Assembly (NCBI GenBank): GCA_047495785.1
Contig: JBLDXI010000028.1
Span: 1,674,001-1,738,000, forward strand
Source: Lepidodermella squamata
Taxonomy: Eukaryota; Animalia; Gastrotricha
DNA: 64,000 nucleotides
Direction: 5' to 3'
Shown here: one piece after another, positions 1 through 11,613 of the stretch
Position numbering within the stretch: position 1 is the stretch's first letter
How the letters are laid out: each line of letters begins with the position of its first letter
The notes under the pieces: generated by a model
The model's input: only the letters and a program-made list of their open reading frames with translations
What the model was told of the DNA's origin: nothing
Databases searched by the model: none
Program-made: the position numbers and the translations under genes

Positions 1-873
1 TGAATTCAGGTAAATGTTGAAAATTCATGAAAATTTGGATTCTCACAGTATATGGAGCGAGTCCACCTCCCATCTTCGCTCCCGTCCCCTTACAACCGCG
101 TAAGCGCGTTACACACAGGGCCGTAATTGAGGGATTTCTCAAGCTAAAAGTCCGATTTTTCATCACCCAAATTAGGGTAAATTTTTTATGGTGAGCTTTA
201 TTTTCAGTAAAATATGTCACCGAGGCTTAGCGGGTGATGGTCGATCACGGCGGATCGAATGGTACCGACCCCAATGAGGCGAGGTGAGCTTGGGTAAAAT
301 AAAAAATTAAGAAGCCGCGATGAATGATGAGCCGCAGTATATTCCAGCCGCTGCTTGGGAGCTTACATCTACAACCCGGCGCCATAGAGGTACGCATGTC
401 TGCCGGTATCTCGAGAGCCTGCAGCATGGCAGAAAGATCAGACTTGGCCTTACAAGTAGTGATTGTGGTTGATGTGGTATTCAGCGGAGTAGTGGGGAGT
501 AGGGGGCTCAGGTTTATTCACAATACCCAGTGGCGGTGTCGAAGTCGATCTTGTTAAATGCAACCTGAATGAGCACATTGTTAAACGGATTGCTAAACTG
601 TTCAATAACTTACTCTACAGAGGTGTGTTTTTATATATTTTTATTAATTCTTCACTCGAAAATTAAAATTGATGGAATGAAAAAAAGAAGACAATAGCTC
701 ATCGATTTTTCTAATTGCGCAGCTGAAACAAGTGAAGAGAAAATTCTCGCTATCATTGAGATGGTTGTTTGCATAAAAATTGGCCTATGGATAGACAAGA
801 ATATGAATAACTTCAGTAAACTCAACAAATTGCACTCAAGTGACACCTGCTTGAAGATGCCATTATATTATCT

Positions 874-958
874 ACGGAAGGCATGAAGGGTATAAGGGTT
901 TAAAATCGCGATTTTAAAAAAGGCGATTTTAAACCCATATACCCTTCATGCCTTCCGT
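874..958. repeat. Short palindromic inverted repeat (MITE-like hairpin)
   Basis: ACGGAAGGCATGAAGGGTATAAGGGTTTAAAATCGC ... GCGATTTTAAACCCATATACCCTTCATGCCTTCCGT: near-perfect ~36 bp arms. Confidence 0.75.
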
Positions 959-1444
959 GCTTTCCGTGTGTTATCCGGGTCGTATCGTAAAACTTTCAGG
1001 GTTACTAGTATTGTATGGCACACTCTCACTGAATTTCTATTGCTTTTATTTGAAATTAAAAGATCCAACTTAAAAAAATCCTGAAATTTGTGTCTTGCTC
1101 ATTTTTTCCTCGCATTTTTCGTTTTGCGAGTTTTTGGTTCGTTTTTCACATCGAATTTCCCGCATTTCTCGCATGCTGCTACTGAATCACAAATTTGGGC
1201 AGTCCGACGCAAGATGGTTCTGCTCGGTTGGCTTCGGATGGCTATTGCGACTGTCAAACGACCCTTCAACGCCTCAGTTTGCAGAGTGCTTTCAAACTCG
1301 ATTGACGAAATCCGGTCTTGAACGAAAGGCTGCTATTTGCCATGGTGTCAGGAATCGCTCGATTTTCGAACCATGCCGTTCTGTATCTTCTTGCATTTCT
1401 GGGATCCAATGCTGCCTGAGCTCTCTTTGATTTCATCGAAAGCT

Positions 1445-1655
1445 GGCCGAATTTTGCTTGATCCCGCGACATCCTGGACGAATTCTGCCTTTTGTCGCGA
1501 ATTTCCGGACGAATTCTGCCCAAATTTCGCGAAATTCTGGACGAGTTCTGCCCGATTTTCACGAGCTCATGGCCAAATGCTGTTCGACGGGGGTGAATGC
1601 TGCCCGATTTGATACCGGTCGCGCGCTTTTTCTTCCGGAGTTCTGCCCAATTTTC
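1445..1655. repeat. Degenerate ~31-bp tandem repeat
   Basis: Recurrent GGACGAATTCTGCC / GGACGAGTTCTGCC units; probably explains the overlapping repetitive ORFs at 1266-1739. Confidence 0.6.
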
Positions 1656-2330
1656 ACCCCATGTGATTTTGTGATTTTCAATAAAATCGTTTTGAAGTGT
1701 TGCTTGAACTTTTTTGAGTTTCTCTTGTGTGTTTGACAAGTGGGGACCCTGCTTGGTAGAAGGTTTTATGAGTTTATAATTCGGCTATTAAGAAGGCATA
1801 TTTTAGAATACGATCCGGATAACGATAAAAATAGCTTCTTTGCCTAAAAAACCAAACCATTTTCGCGATTATTATACATTCAGTCATTTTCTTAAATTCT
1901 CATCTTAATTTCGGTCTAATTCTATCTTCTATTACCGTGAAAATGCTATCCAAGTTGGCTCTTTTTGCTGCTATCGTCGCGTCAGTCAGTAAGCTTCGTT
2001 GGGCGTGGATTAATTTAACATCACGCCCGGCACTCTAGGTTCACCTGAGTGAAATTTTATTCGTTATTTCTCCCTCTCATTTTCTTTCTACTATAATATG
2101 TATTCATCATTGTAAATGATGCTGTATGTTTTCTATTCAAAGGAGCAGATGATCAAATAAAGAATAAAGAAAATGTTATGTTATATAGTTAAGCCGATGG
2201 GTAAAATAAGACAGCCCCGGTGAATGATCAGCCGCAAGTCGCAGTATATTCCAGCGCTGATTGTGAAGCTCCTGATGATATTTACCTATCCGAAGCGATG
2301 ATACAGTCAACATGTTCCAGAAACTCGGCA

Positions 2331-2528
2331 ATATCGTTAGCGTCGTTGAATAACTCGGATATAGGCTTGTTTAAAACTATTTAAATGTGACGGGTGACGA
2401 GTAAAAAGCGCGGTGTTGCTAACGTGAATGAAGAAGCCAAAACAAATGACTTAATTACTTGTCAACAATCACCTTGAAATTGATGCATACAAGCCTAAAT
2501 CCGAGTTATTCAACGACGCTAACGATAT
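2331..2528. mobile_element. MITE with ~40-bp terminal inverted repeats
   Basis: ATATCGTTAGCGTCGTTGAATAACTCGGATATAGGCTTGT vs ACAAGCCTAAATCCGAGTTATTCAACGACGCTAACGATAT (1 mismatch). Confidence 0.75.
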
Positions 2529-2555
2529 GTTAACTTTTTATAATGTGAAAAATGT

Positions 2556-3170
2556 AATTTTATTTTTATTTATTTTTTTATGAGCGGATGTGGTCGGCGA
2601 GAGAATTCAAAAATACCGATCCATGGTGAGCCAAACACCGATCCATGATCGCTGGCTCAGTCCTGGGCACCTCTAGGATGTTTGAGAGTTCTTTGAGGGC
2701 GTTTTGTTTGCGGGTTAGAAGCCATTGGTGAGGTTCGAAGTTTGAAGAAGTTGGCTATGGCTACCGGGGCCTCACCATTAATGCAGCGCCAGATCAGTGT
2801 TGCCAGGTGAACTTTTCGTTTTCCGTCAAGATCCAGCCATCCGAGTTTTTGTCTGAGCGGTGCTGGGTCCGCGTTCATCGGTGCGTGGCAAATGATTCTT
2901 ACGGCCTGGTCTTGGCGACGTTGTAGTTTGCTGAGCTTGGTCGGTGCCAGCTGCGATTGAGTGGTATCGCAGTACATTAAGTGGCAGAATATTAGGCCAT
3001 TTGCCATGAGTTTGAGAGTCTTTCGATCAAGGTATTTAGCAGCGATCCTCAGTCCGAATAAGCCACTACGTGATTTGTTTTTCACCCCCCTTACATGTTC
3101 CTTAAATCCCAATTTATTGTCAAGAGTAAACCCCAAGACTTTGAGTGATGACGTTGTTCCGATCAAGCAT
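2556..3170 (-). mobile_element. 5'-truncated non-LTR retrotransposon (LINE, CR1/L2-like) ORF2 C-terminal fragment
   Basis: KVLGFTLDNKLGFKEHV...HLMYC...LQRRQDQAVRII...LGWL matches the RT thumb/C-terminal region of LINE ORF2; A-rich tail on the minus strand at ~2556-2580. Confidence 0.8.
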
Positions 3171-3199
3171 AAGTAAAGGAGCAAGTAATAAAGCAAGTA

Positions 3200-3570
3200 A
3201 TGGATCTTTCCATCCACTTGACTCCAAACGGGATTTTCAAGTGTGCCCTGCATCACTGACACTTTCGAAAAAATGTCCGCTAAGTATATCGAAAGGTCCT
3301 TCCACAGCAGCAAAGTCATGGCCGACTGCATCGCTTACGTGTCGACTTGCAAGTTCGATAAGAAGCAACAAAAGTATCTACTCGAGCACTGCCCAGCATG
3401 GCGACTGAAAAAATACAATCCAGCATTTATTGTCTACGAAGAAATCGCCCCGGAAAATTGGATAATTACTAATTAGCCGTCTTATCCACCATATTTCACA
3501 GTATACTCCGCTACATGTTTAATAACTCACCTATCGTAACGGTTATCATACTTGTTACATAGTTACATAG
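3200..3570 (+). mobile_element. 3' fragment of a second LINE family, related to the element at 62340-63310
   Basis: CITDTFEKMSAKYIER...DCIAYVS...LLEHCPAWRL aligns with AISDIFEHQLMRYATR...DYISYVA...LEKHCPAWHL at 63000-63170; GTTACATA tandem tail. Confidence 0.65.
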
Positions 3571-3970
3571 TTTAATTACAACCTATATATGATTGCAACT
3601 AATTTGTGTTTCCTTTTGTGCAGGTCCAAACGATACAACGGGGCGGCGAGGAGTGCGCGGCGTTGGCGGGTACTCCGCAGGGTCGCTGCCAGCATGGACA
3701 CGGATCGTTTGATAGTTGAAAGCCCCTTGAAGGCAAGCATGTTGCATGAATCACACCTGCATGGCTGGCCTCTGGTTGGCGAGGTGTAAATAAGAACATC
3801 GACACCTATCGACACAGTTGTTGTCTGATCCGAGAAGCCATGCTGGCAGGGACGTGCGGAAGTGGACCCGACGTTGGCGGCGCGTATTCTTCGTTGTCCA
3901 GGCGAAAATGTTTTGGCCCGCACAATATGGTGCACTTCACGATTACCAAATAGTAGAATATAACAAATAC

Positions 3971-4165
3971 ATATCGCCAAAACAACCACTTTGATGACTT
4001 ATTCGATCGTACTTTGACGAGCCGAACGTAAAGAAGGAGTACGTTCGTCTTTTTGAGCACTGATCGTACTCATCGTAATTTGAATTTACGTTCAACAGTC
4101 GAACGTACTTTCTATAAAAAAGCTATAAATAGTGAAGTGGTTGTTTTGGCGCGTCGCTAACGATA
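3971..4165. mobile_element. Degenerate MITE
   Basis: CGCCAAAACAACCACTT (3975) / AAGTGGTTGTTTTGGCG (~4135-4151) inverted pair; right end CGCTAACGATAT shared with the 2331-2528 MITE. Confidence 0.55.
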
Positions 4166-4921
4166 TATACATCTGATTATATATATCTCATTATACCACA
4201 TGAGCCACAGCGACGAAAGTCGGACGGCTGACATATATTTTCTACTTACGAGACTTAAGAAATATTAATAAAACCTACATCCTACATTTACCAAACGGGA
4301 TATCGCCATAACGAGCTGTTTTTCGCCTAAATCAGCTCCTATAATTCATTTATATGGGTATATCTACGCAGGTTTATTTGCTCATGAAGTCTTCATATCT
4401 TCTCATCAACTCATTGACAATCCCAATACTCAGTCTTTTCTCAGTTTTTTACATGGGGAGACTGGAAAATTCAAATTAGGGATTTATTAATCATTACACT
4501 AACAATTTTTATTAACTTGATGCGATTAGCCGAAGATTTTCAATTTTGGTTTATAAAATAGCTAAAATTTGACACACCGGCCATCAAAAAAATGCTTGTA
4601 GCGTCAAAACAGTAAACGACTGCTATTCTTTTGCAATAGATGCGCACAAAACGTTAGGAAAAGTCGAGAAAGGCCAGTCTCACAGCACCGCGGGGACATG
4701 AAACATGAAAAAGAATTCGCTCGAAAATGAAAAGGGCCGCTGCGGCCCACTTGGGCAAGTTGAGGCTGTTTCTGTTGTGACATTGCCGCATCTGTTTATT
4801 GTGATCCGTTTTATGGTCATACGAGATTTGTGTTCGTATCGACGTTTCGTAGCCCCGTCGCTATATTCAGATGCTTCAAAACCGAAAGATGGCTGATTGT
4901 CACAATATTATTCATTATTGA

Positions 4922-6088
4922 TCATACTTCTGATGCGATACGGTAAGCGTGAACATTAACACCAATAAGGCTAGCTAGCGTAAACAGCGCAGCCACGAGG
5001 TCAGAAACTCTTGATCGTTTAATTTTCCACGGCTTGCCGCTAACAAAGATGAGCGAAAAATTCACCCGCTTTTTGCACCAAGCAACATCGTTAGCGAAAC
5101 CGCACAGGATGAGCGAGTAGCATGTGCAAGACCAAGAAATTATCGCGCAAATGTCACAGTAGTTACTCAAGAAAATGCGCGTCGGCTTTTTCGGGACATC
5201 GTTTGAGATTTGCGACTGGAGGAAAGTCAAAGCAAGTAGTATGGTCATAGTAAAGGCTGGCCTATCAGGAAAATCCGGGTCCATAGCGAACGAGCAGAGT
5301 TCCAATGAAGTAAGGAGAAGAGTAGGCGCCATCAAATTGTAGACGAAGTAATCAGGCTGTCGTCTGAAGGTCAGCGCGAAAACAGCCATACTCCTATTCC
5401 CCTCCACGTTCATCATCCTCGGCTCAGCACTGGAATTGATGAAATGCCAACCTTGCCCGTTGTGAATGAAATCTGGTTGAAGTTTCAAGACGGTCTGAAC
5501 GAATCTGACCCCATTGAAGGCTTCTTGAAGCATTAGGACGATGAAGCAAGTTTGCTGATCAAAAGGAAACCTCTCCAAATCCATGGAACAGGTAGAAGAT
5601 AGAATGCCGTAGCGTTGCCAAACAAAGGATAATGTGTAGTTTTTCGTCATTTTACAATACATCCTACTAGCGAAACCGTCAATCATTCCGTAATTGTTGA
5701 CAGTGTTTTTGTGGTTGACTCGTGGTTTCCAAACTAAGCCTTCTTCAACGTAGAAAATGAGTTGACGATCTGGCCAGTAGAAATCGGAGCAAAGACTTTC
5801 CCAGCTTAGCCGCACGGATCCTGTAACTGTCCACGTTTCTTGAACTTCATTGATGTCGTAGAAATTCTCGATGTTCACAATAGCGGTGACATTGGTGAGG
5901 TTGCAGTAAGGTGGCCCGATCCCGAAGTCAAAATGAGCATTGGGACAATTTGGGACGTAGGATTGAGCCATCACGTGACTGCAGTTCGTTAGAAGTTCGG
6001 CAATTCTCCCCGCAGGAATGCTGTACAAATCTTGAACGGCGTAAGCCCAAGAAATCGAGAAAATCGCGACAAAGTAGATAAGTTTCAT
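4922..6088 (-). CDS. Divergent Cys-loop (pentameric) ligand-gated ion channel subunit, array copy 1
   Basis: Signal peptide, WKP loop A, Cys-loop CSMDLERFPFDQQTC, pre-M1 RRQPDY, 4 TM; single exon. Confidence 0.93.
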   Translation of the reverse strand: MKLIYFVAIFSISWAYAVQDLYSIPAGRIAELLTNCSHVMAQSYVPNCPNAHFDFGIGPPYCNLTNVTAIVNIENFYDINEVQETWTVTGSVRLSWESLCSDFYWPDRQLIFYVEEGLVWKPRVNHKNTVNNYGMIDGFASRMYCKMTKNYTLSFVWQRYGILSSTCSMDLERFPFDQQTCFIVLMLQEAFNGVRFVQTVLKLQPDFIHNGQGWHFINSSAEPRMMNVEGNRSMAVFALTFRRQPDYFVYNLMAPTLLLTSLELCSFAMDPDFPDRPAFTMTILLALTFLQSQISNDVPKKPTRIFLSNYCDICAIISWSCTCYSLILCGFANDVAWCKKRVNFSLIFVSGKPWKIKRSRVSDLVAALFTLASLIGVNVHAYRIASEV

Positions 6089-6185
6089 TGAATAAATCTG
6101 TAAAGCGCCAAAATGCCCAGAATTGGATGTCTGAATTTATTCAAAATCTTGAGTCATTAGTTGGTCAAATAATGTAGGATCTAGG

Positions 6186-7331
6186 CTATATATTTCCTGT
6201 GATGAGTGCAATCCTAATTGCATAGGCATTGATCCCGACAAAAAACCAAATACCACAAACCAGAACAACATAGTCGAAAATTCGATAACGCGATATTCTA
6301 TGAAATGAGCTAGTCAGCTGAACCTCTTCTTCAAACCATTTCGGAAAAGCGTGCACATAACCACAACTGACTAGGGAATACAGTGTGATAAAGGCTGAAA
6401 ACAGAGTTCCTAAATCCGTGTAGTTGCTAAGGAAAATCCGTTCTGGTTTATCAGGCACGTAACTCAGAATTTCGCCTTGAAGTAAGGTCTGAGCCAGCAT
6501 TATATTTACACTGAACATCGGTCTGTCAGGCAACATCGGGACTATGCATAGCGAGACTAAACTCAGTGCGGAAAGGAGGCAACAGGGCATTATCAAATGG
6601 TTGATGTAAAAGTAAGGTCTCCTACGAAATCGGAAGCTGAAAATAACGGCGCTATGGTTTCCGAGTATATCAACAAGTCCTGTCTTCGAATCCGTTTGCA
6701 CCAAAACCCAGCTATCGGAATCAGGTGCAAAGTCTGGACTAACTTCAATTCTAGCTGTCGTGAAACCAACGGCACTTGCATCTTCTTGTAGAGTGAAGTC
6801 GATTTCACACGTTTGAACATCATACGGGAAAACTGCGTAGACCATGTCGCATTTCGAGTTGAAAACTCCGTACAAAGTCCATGTGAATTCTACAATTCCG
6901 GATGAAGTGAGTTTAACGAGCAACCTATTGCTGAAGCCATCGACCATGCCATAATTATCCACTGTATTTTGATGGTTAACGTTAGGCCTCCAAAACATCT
7001 CTGGAATAACGTAGATCGTCTTTTCCCGACTGCGGCGAGATTTCAGGCATGAGACATTCCAGCCGATTCGAAGAGAGCCAGAGATTGCAAATTTTTCATT
7101 GACATTATCGATGTTCTGCAGAGAGTCGGGATACATGACAATACTCAGGCCAGTTTGCTTGCAGGGGGCTGAAGTTCCATCTGGGCAGGTTGGGGCGTAG
7201 AATTCCGGAGACATCTGTGAACAATTCTGCATCAATTCAGCCATTTGTTGCCGTAGTAGTATTGTGAGCTGATCGTCATTGCCTTCCACAGTCACCGAGA
7301 AAACGAATGCGATAAATAGGTTTAACAGCAT
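6186..7331 (-). CDS. Divergent Cys-loop LGIC subunit, copy 2
   Basis: ATG MLLNLF; Cys-loop CDMVYAVFPYDVQTC; 4 TM; single exon. Confidence 0.93.
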   Translation of the reverse strand: MLLNLFIAFVFSVTVEGNDDQLTILLRQQMAELMQNCSQMSPEFYAPTCPDGTSAPCKQTGLSIVMYPDSLQNIDNVNEKFAISGSLRIGWNVSCLKSRRSREKTIYVIPEMFWRPNVNHQNTVDNYGMVDGFSNRLLVKLTSSGIVEFTWTLYGVFNSKCDMVYAVFPYDVQTCEIDFTLQEDASAVGFTTARIEVSPDFAPDSDSWVLVQTDSKTGLVDILGNHSAVIFSFRFRRRPYFYINHLIMPCCLLSALSLVSLCIVPMLPDRPMFSVNIMLAQTLLQGEILSYVPDKPERIFLSNYTDLGTLFSAFITLYSLVSCGYVHAFPKWFEEEVQLTSSFHRISRYRIFDYVVLVCGIWFFVGINAYAIRIALITGNI

Positions 7332-7476
7332 TTTATTCACAAAATATCAAAGCATCGAAAATATGTATGCACATTCGATCTTTAAAAGCATGCTTGAATT
7401 ATGGATTACCGTGTCCTCGGTAAATCGAGATCATTCTCAAGAGCTTAATGGTTACATTGAGTGTTCCTTGTTCAAT

Positions 7477-8667
7477 TCAAAGAAAGCCTACATCTCTGGC
7501 TAATTTCAAAGCATAAGAATTGATTGCAATGAAGAGCCAAATGCCACCTATGAGAGCAAAACAGTCAAAAAGCCTATACCTTGGTATTTTATGGGTGTTC
7601 GTAAATAGAAAAATCTTTTCTTCAAAATAATCGGGCCTTGCGAATATTGCAGCGCAAGAAATTAGGTTGTACAACGTTACAACGGACGAGTAAAGGATTC
7701 CTAGGTCTGTATAGTCACCGAGAAACATCCGCTCAGGTTTCTCTGGAATATGACTTGTAATATGTTCCTGAAGATAAGACTGTGCAAGTAACATGGTGAT
7801 GCTGAACAAGCAACGGGAATGAACATGATGTGGCATCAAAAAGATAGATCCAAGACTTAAAATTGAAAACAGCAAGCTCAGGACAAAAAAATGATTCAAA
7901 TAATAATCCGGGGCACGCTTGAGGTTGAAGAAAAATAAAACTCGACTACGATTTCCGAGCCTATCAAAAATTCTACCTATATTATAAGTCGAACCTATGA
8001 GAGACCAGCTTGAAATGTCGCTGATAAAATCATCTTTTACGACTAGTTTAGCTTGAGAAAAAGAAACAGCATTGTCCAGTTCTTGAGTCGCGAATTCAAC
8101 CGAGCAATTTTGAACGTCGAACGGGAAAAATATGTAGAATAAATGGCATTTGGAGACGAAAACACCGTATAGCTGATAGCTGAATTCAAGCGTTCCGTTA
8201 CTGAGCAACCTCACGAGTAGCTTATTGTTGAATCCATCAACCATTCCATAGTTATCCAATGTATTCTTGTGGTTTACATTGGGCTTCCAGAACGCGTTTT
8301 GCAGGAGATAGTGATACTTTTGCCTCGGGTATGAATAATTAGAGCATGATACATTCCAAGAGACACTGATGGACCCAGAAAAGGAGAATAGAGCTGCTTT
8401 GTCATTGATGCCCTGGAAATGACCGGGTTGCATGATGATTGATAGATTTGTAGGCTGGCAAGACGATGAACGTTGATTGCCGCCTGCAATGCAAGTAGGG
8501 GAGTAGACATCACTCGCTACTTGCGAACACTCCGTCAAAAGCTGTAACTGGTACCGACGAACTGCATTGTCCAGCACATTATCTGCGAATGTCACTGATA
8601 CGAAAATTAATATTAAAATCGAAATCATTTCATTCTTTATTATCGAAAGAAATCGAGGTTTCATCAT
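7477..8667 (-). CDS. Divergent Cys-loop LGIC subunit, copy 3 (likely start MISIL at 8628)
   Basis: Cys-loop CHLFYIFFPFDVQNC; closest to copy 2; 4 TM. Confidence 0.92.
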   Translation of the reverse strand: MMKPRFLSIIKNEMISILILIFVSVTFADNVLDNAVRRYQLQLLTECSQVASDVYSPTCIAGGNQRSSSCQPTNLSIIMQPGHFQGINDKAALFSFSGSISVSWNVSCSNYSYPRQKYHYLLQNAFWKPNVNHKNTLDNYGMVDGFNNKLLVRLLSNGTLEFSYQLYGVFVSKCHLFYIFFPFDVQNCSVEFATQELDNAVSFSQAKLVVKDDFISDISSWSLIGSTYNIGRIFDRLGNRSRVLFFFNLKRAPDYYLNHFFVLSLLFSILSLGSIFLMPHHVHSRCLFSITMLLAQSYLQEHITSHIPEKPERMFLGDYTDLGILYSSVVTLYNLISCAAIFARPDYFEEKIFLFTNTHKIPRYRLFDCFALIGGIWLFIAINSYALKLARDVGFL

Positions 8668-8831
8668 TCAGCCTTTTTTATGCTCATCAATTAATCACTC
8701 GAAATTTCCACTTCAACGATGCGTTCAATTCATATACACATGCTAGCTTTGTTGTTTTCGCTTGGGTAACAACCAACCATGAAACTCGGCGCTCCATCGT
8801 ACGTATAATATTCAGTTCATCAAAATTTATA

Positions 8832-9862
8832 ATGGCTGGTGAAAGCTCAGGAGCCAAGTACCGGAAGCCCCTGTTGTGGTCACTTCCGGTCGCCGCGTTT
8901 GTTAGCCTTATAGTTCTCTACATTTTGAATGTCCACATTCCATCGCCTTTTGCCCGACGGGGTAATCCGTTTGCTGAGTATTTTGCCGACTTGAGACTGA
9001 GACAGCTCAGAGGTCTCGGAGATGTATGCCAGCCATTTTCGAACCATAGTTATTCCTCAGTGTATGTTTCGTTTACTCTTCAGTCTATCTTGATTTACGA
9101 ACTGCTTTCAGGAAAGACGGAGCTAATTTGTCTCAACCGTTAACAAGTCTTCCTCCACTCATTGACGATTCTCCTAGTCTTAAAAAGCTCCACGAAAGCT
9201 GCAATAGACCGGGAGTTATAGCTCTAACTTTTGACGATGGACCAACGTATGAATAAACAAAATAACCATTTATTTACTGAATTTGATCCCATTCAGGCTC
9301 TATGTCTCCGGGTTACTCGATCAACTCAAGCATTATGGCATTCCGGCAACATTTTTCGTTATTGGTCGCAAGATTACGGGCCGAGAGAACCTATTGAAGC
9401 GGATGGTTGCTGAAGGGCACGTCATTGGTTCTCACACATTCAGCCACGCGAATCTGAGCAGTCTGCCGCCAAATGAAATAAAATCAGAGATGGAGATGGC
9501 CGAATCCGCTATTTTCTCAGCCACAGGCAAACGGCCTGTCTATATGAGGCCCCCGTATCTTGACTACAGCGCCCTTGCCAAATCTGAGATTGAGAAGATG
9601 GGTTACGTAGCGGTTGATGCTAATGTTGATGCGAAGGATAGAGTTTACCAGGATTCCTGGCATACCGTTCAAACCTTTCAGCGATGTATTTTAGACGACC
9701 CGCATCGATTTGCATCGAAAGTCTTACATCGTTTTGATGTCTAACGACGTTCCTTCAACATTAGAAGCTAGTGATGAATACTTGGCTCTTGTTGCAGCTT
9801 CAGGGCTTATTCCTGTAACTATTGAAGACTGCATTGGAGTTAAGGCTTACCGCGACCTATAG
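8832..9862 (+). pseudogene. Polysaccharide/chitin deacetylase (NodB, CE4), type II membrane anchored; frameshifted near the 3' end
   Basis: Exons ~8832-9061, 9112-9246, 9297-9862 give SCNRPGVIALTFDDGP, ATFFVIG, GSHTFSH, RPPY. The C-terminal SYIVLMSND...VTIEDCIG lies in a shifted frame after a 10-bp insertion at ~9709-9718. Confidence 0.8.
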
Positions 9863-9929
9863 AAATCAAGGTGAATAAAGACGCATTATCCTCTTTTGAC
9901 TGCGTTACATGATTGATTGGAAGTAACTT

Positions 9930-11399
9930 CAAATCATCGGAACAATAATTACTTTCATCGTACCATTTTTATCTGAAACCATCGGAACCATCGGAATAAA
10001 TATTTCGCCATCAAAAATGCATTATTTCATCGGAAAAGCTTCATTTCAATAACAGTATATTCCGACACTTTAAGATACTGATTTTCGACAAATAATTAGA
10101 AAGCTGTTTTAAAATTTCAACCCCGGCCCGTATTTCGAGTTGCTAGCCCTCCGTGTTTTTCCTACGTCGACAAAAACAAAGCTGGTAAGTTTGCCACGAC
10201 CTCGACCTCTGCTACAGACGGTTTCGTCAACAGAAATCGATGTGATAGCTGTCAACCGACTACGACCACGCCTTGGTTCAGAAACCACAGGTTCAGCTTG
10301 GGCTGGAACAAAAGCCGTACTACGACCACGCCCGCGACCACGTCTAGGCTCAGCAACCAAATGTTTCAGAAACCCAGTGATTGATGACATCGTCGGTTTT
10401 CGAGAGAAATGCAGTGAGGGCGGGACAGTCCTATCAGTTCCTTCAGCCGTTAGCCGATTATTCAGCGATTCATTTGCGTTATTAGTTATTGAGCGTTATT
10501 ATTATTATAATATCAGCATCATACAAACACGACAGCGGACCATAGATATAAATTGGCTCGAATTACTTATTGAAGTCTTCGTAAACGTAAGCATTAGGAA
10601 TAGCCCTAAGATCATCATTCGTCGATAGCCATAACACTAGGAACTGCAAAGAGCAAATTAATTAATATTATCGTCTGAAATCGTCGGAAATCGCCTCGTT
10701 GTAATCTTTCGCCAGTTGGACGAAAGCTTCGTGGACCGCGTACCAAAGCTTAATTCCACCCGCTGTAACAACAAATTACTGACTGAAACCATCGGAAAAA
10801 CAAATAAAGCACTTACTTCCGAACCATTTGCGGCAGTTAAACTTCATATGTAAGTAACACATAGACTTAACATCTCATGCACGAAACACGGGATAATAGC
10901 CGTCTTGATGTCTTGTCTTGGATGACCTTGTGGATCGCATCGACTTGAAAGCACTTGGCCGCTGTTAGCAATTTGAGAAGAAAATTTCAAGAAATCACCA
11001 CGGTCCAAAAAGGCTTTTCTCCTTTTTTTCGCTGGCTGCTCGTCGAATTCACAATTAAGGCGACTTATCAACGATTTCGAGGTCATCCTATCCTTATCAG
11101 CGGCTTCGAAATAGAATTGATCGGCCCCTACCTTCTGCCTCATCATCTGAGGCGTAATTTCGCAACAATTTCATTTTTTATCAATAAAGTAATCTTGAAA
11201 TATGACAACTAAACCTATAGAACCCTTTTCCGATGAATTAATGGCGTGTTCCGATGAAATAATCGAGTGTTCCGATGGAATAATGCATGTTTCCGATTCC
11301 GATGGTTTAATGCGAAATTTTCTGAAAAACTGTATTTCCGATGGCTTAATGAAAAAGAGTACGATGAAAGTTTTTATTGTTCCGATGAAAAGATGTGGG
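9930..11399. mobile_element. Degenerate DNA-transposon-like element with inverted subterminal repeats (CMC/CACTA-like)
   Basis: Multiple (T/C)CATCGGAA at 9935-10035 and multiple TTCCGATG(A/G) at 11228-11390; right end ...GATGTGGG; internal fragmentary ORFs. Confidence 0.5.
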
Positions 11400-11613
11400 T
11401 CCATTGATTGATTGATTGATTATTGATAATGCCATGAATCTGGCCATAAAATCGCTCCACACAAATAGATGAAACTGGTGTTCAATATCAGGTTTAACCG
11501 GAAATGAAAAAATTGCGCAGTAGTGTGTTACTGGTATTGGACTGCGAGAAAATTGATAGTCTATCCCTGCGAAAGCGAAAGGTAGCCCCGTGAATTTCTC
11601 TCTTGATCTGGGA

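Noticed and set aside
1088-1739. Overlapping ORFs of 77-157 aa
   Set aside because: Largely produced by a ~31-bp tandem repeat; no recognisable domain
3576-3989. ORF with RCDSCNM resembling a piggyBac Cys-rich tail
   Set aside because: Too degenerate; no catalytic domain or TTAA-bounded ends identified
10109-11146. RGRGR-repeat ORF and nearby fragments as a host gene
   Set aside because: They lie inside a repeat-bounded element and I could not assemble a coherent spliced ORF
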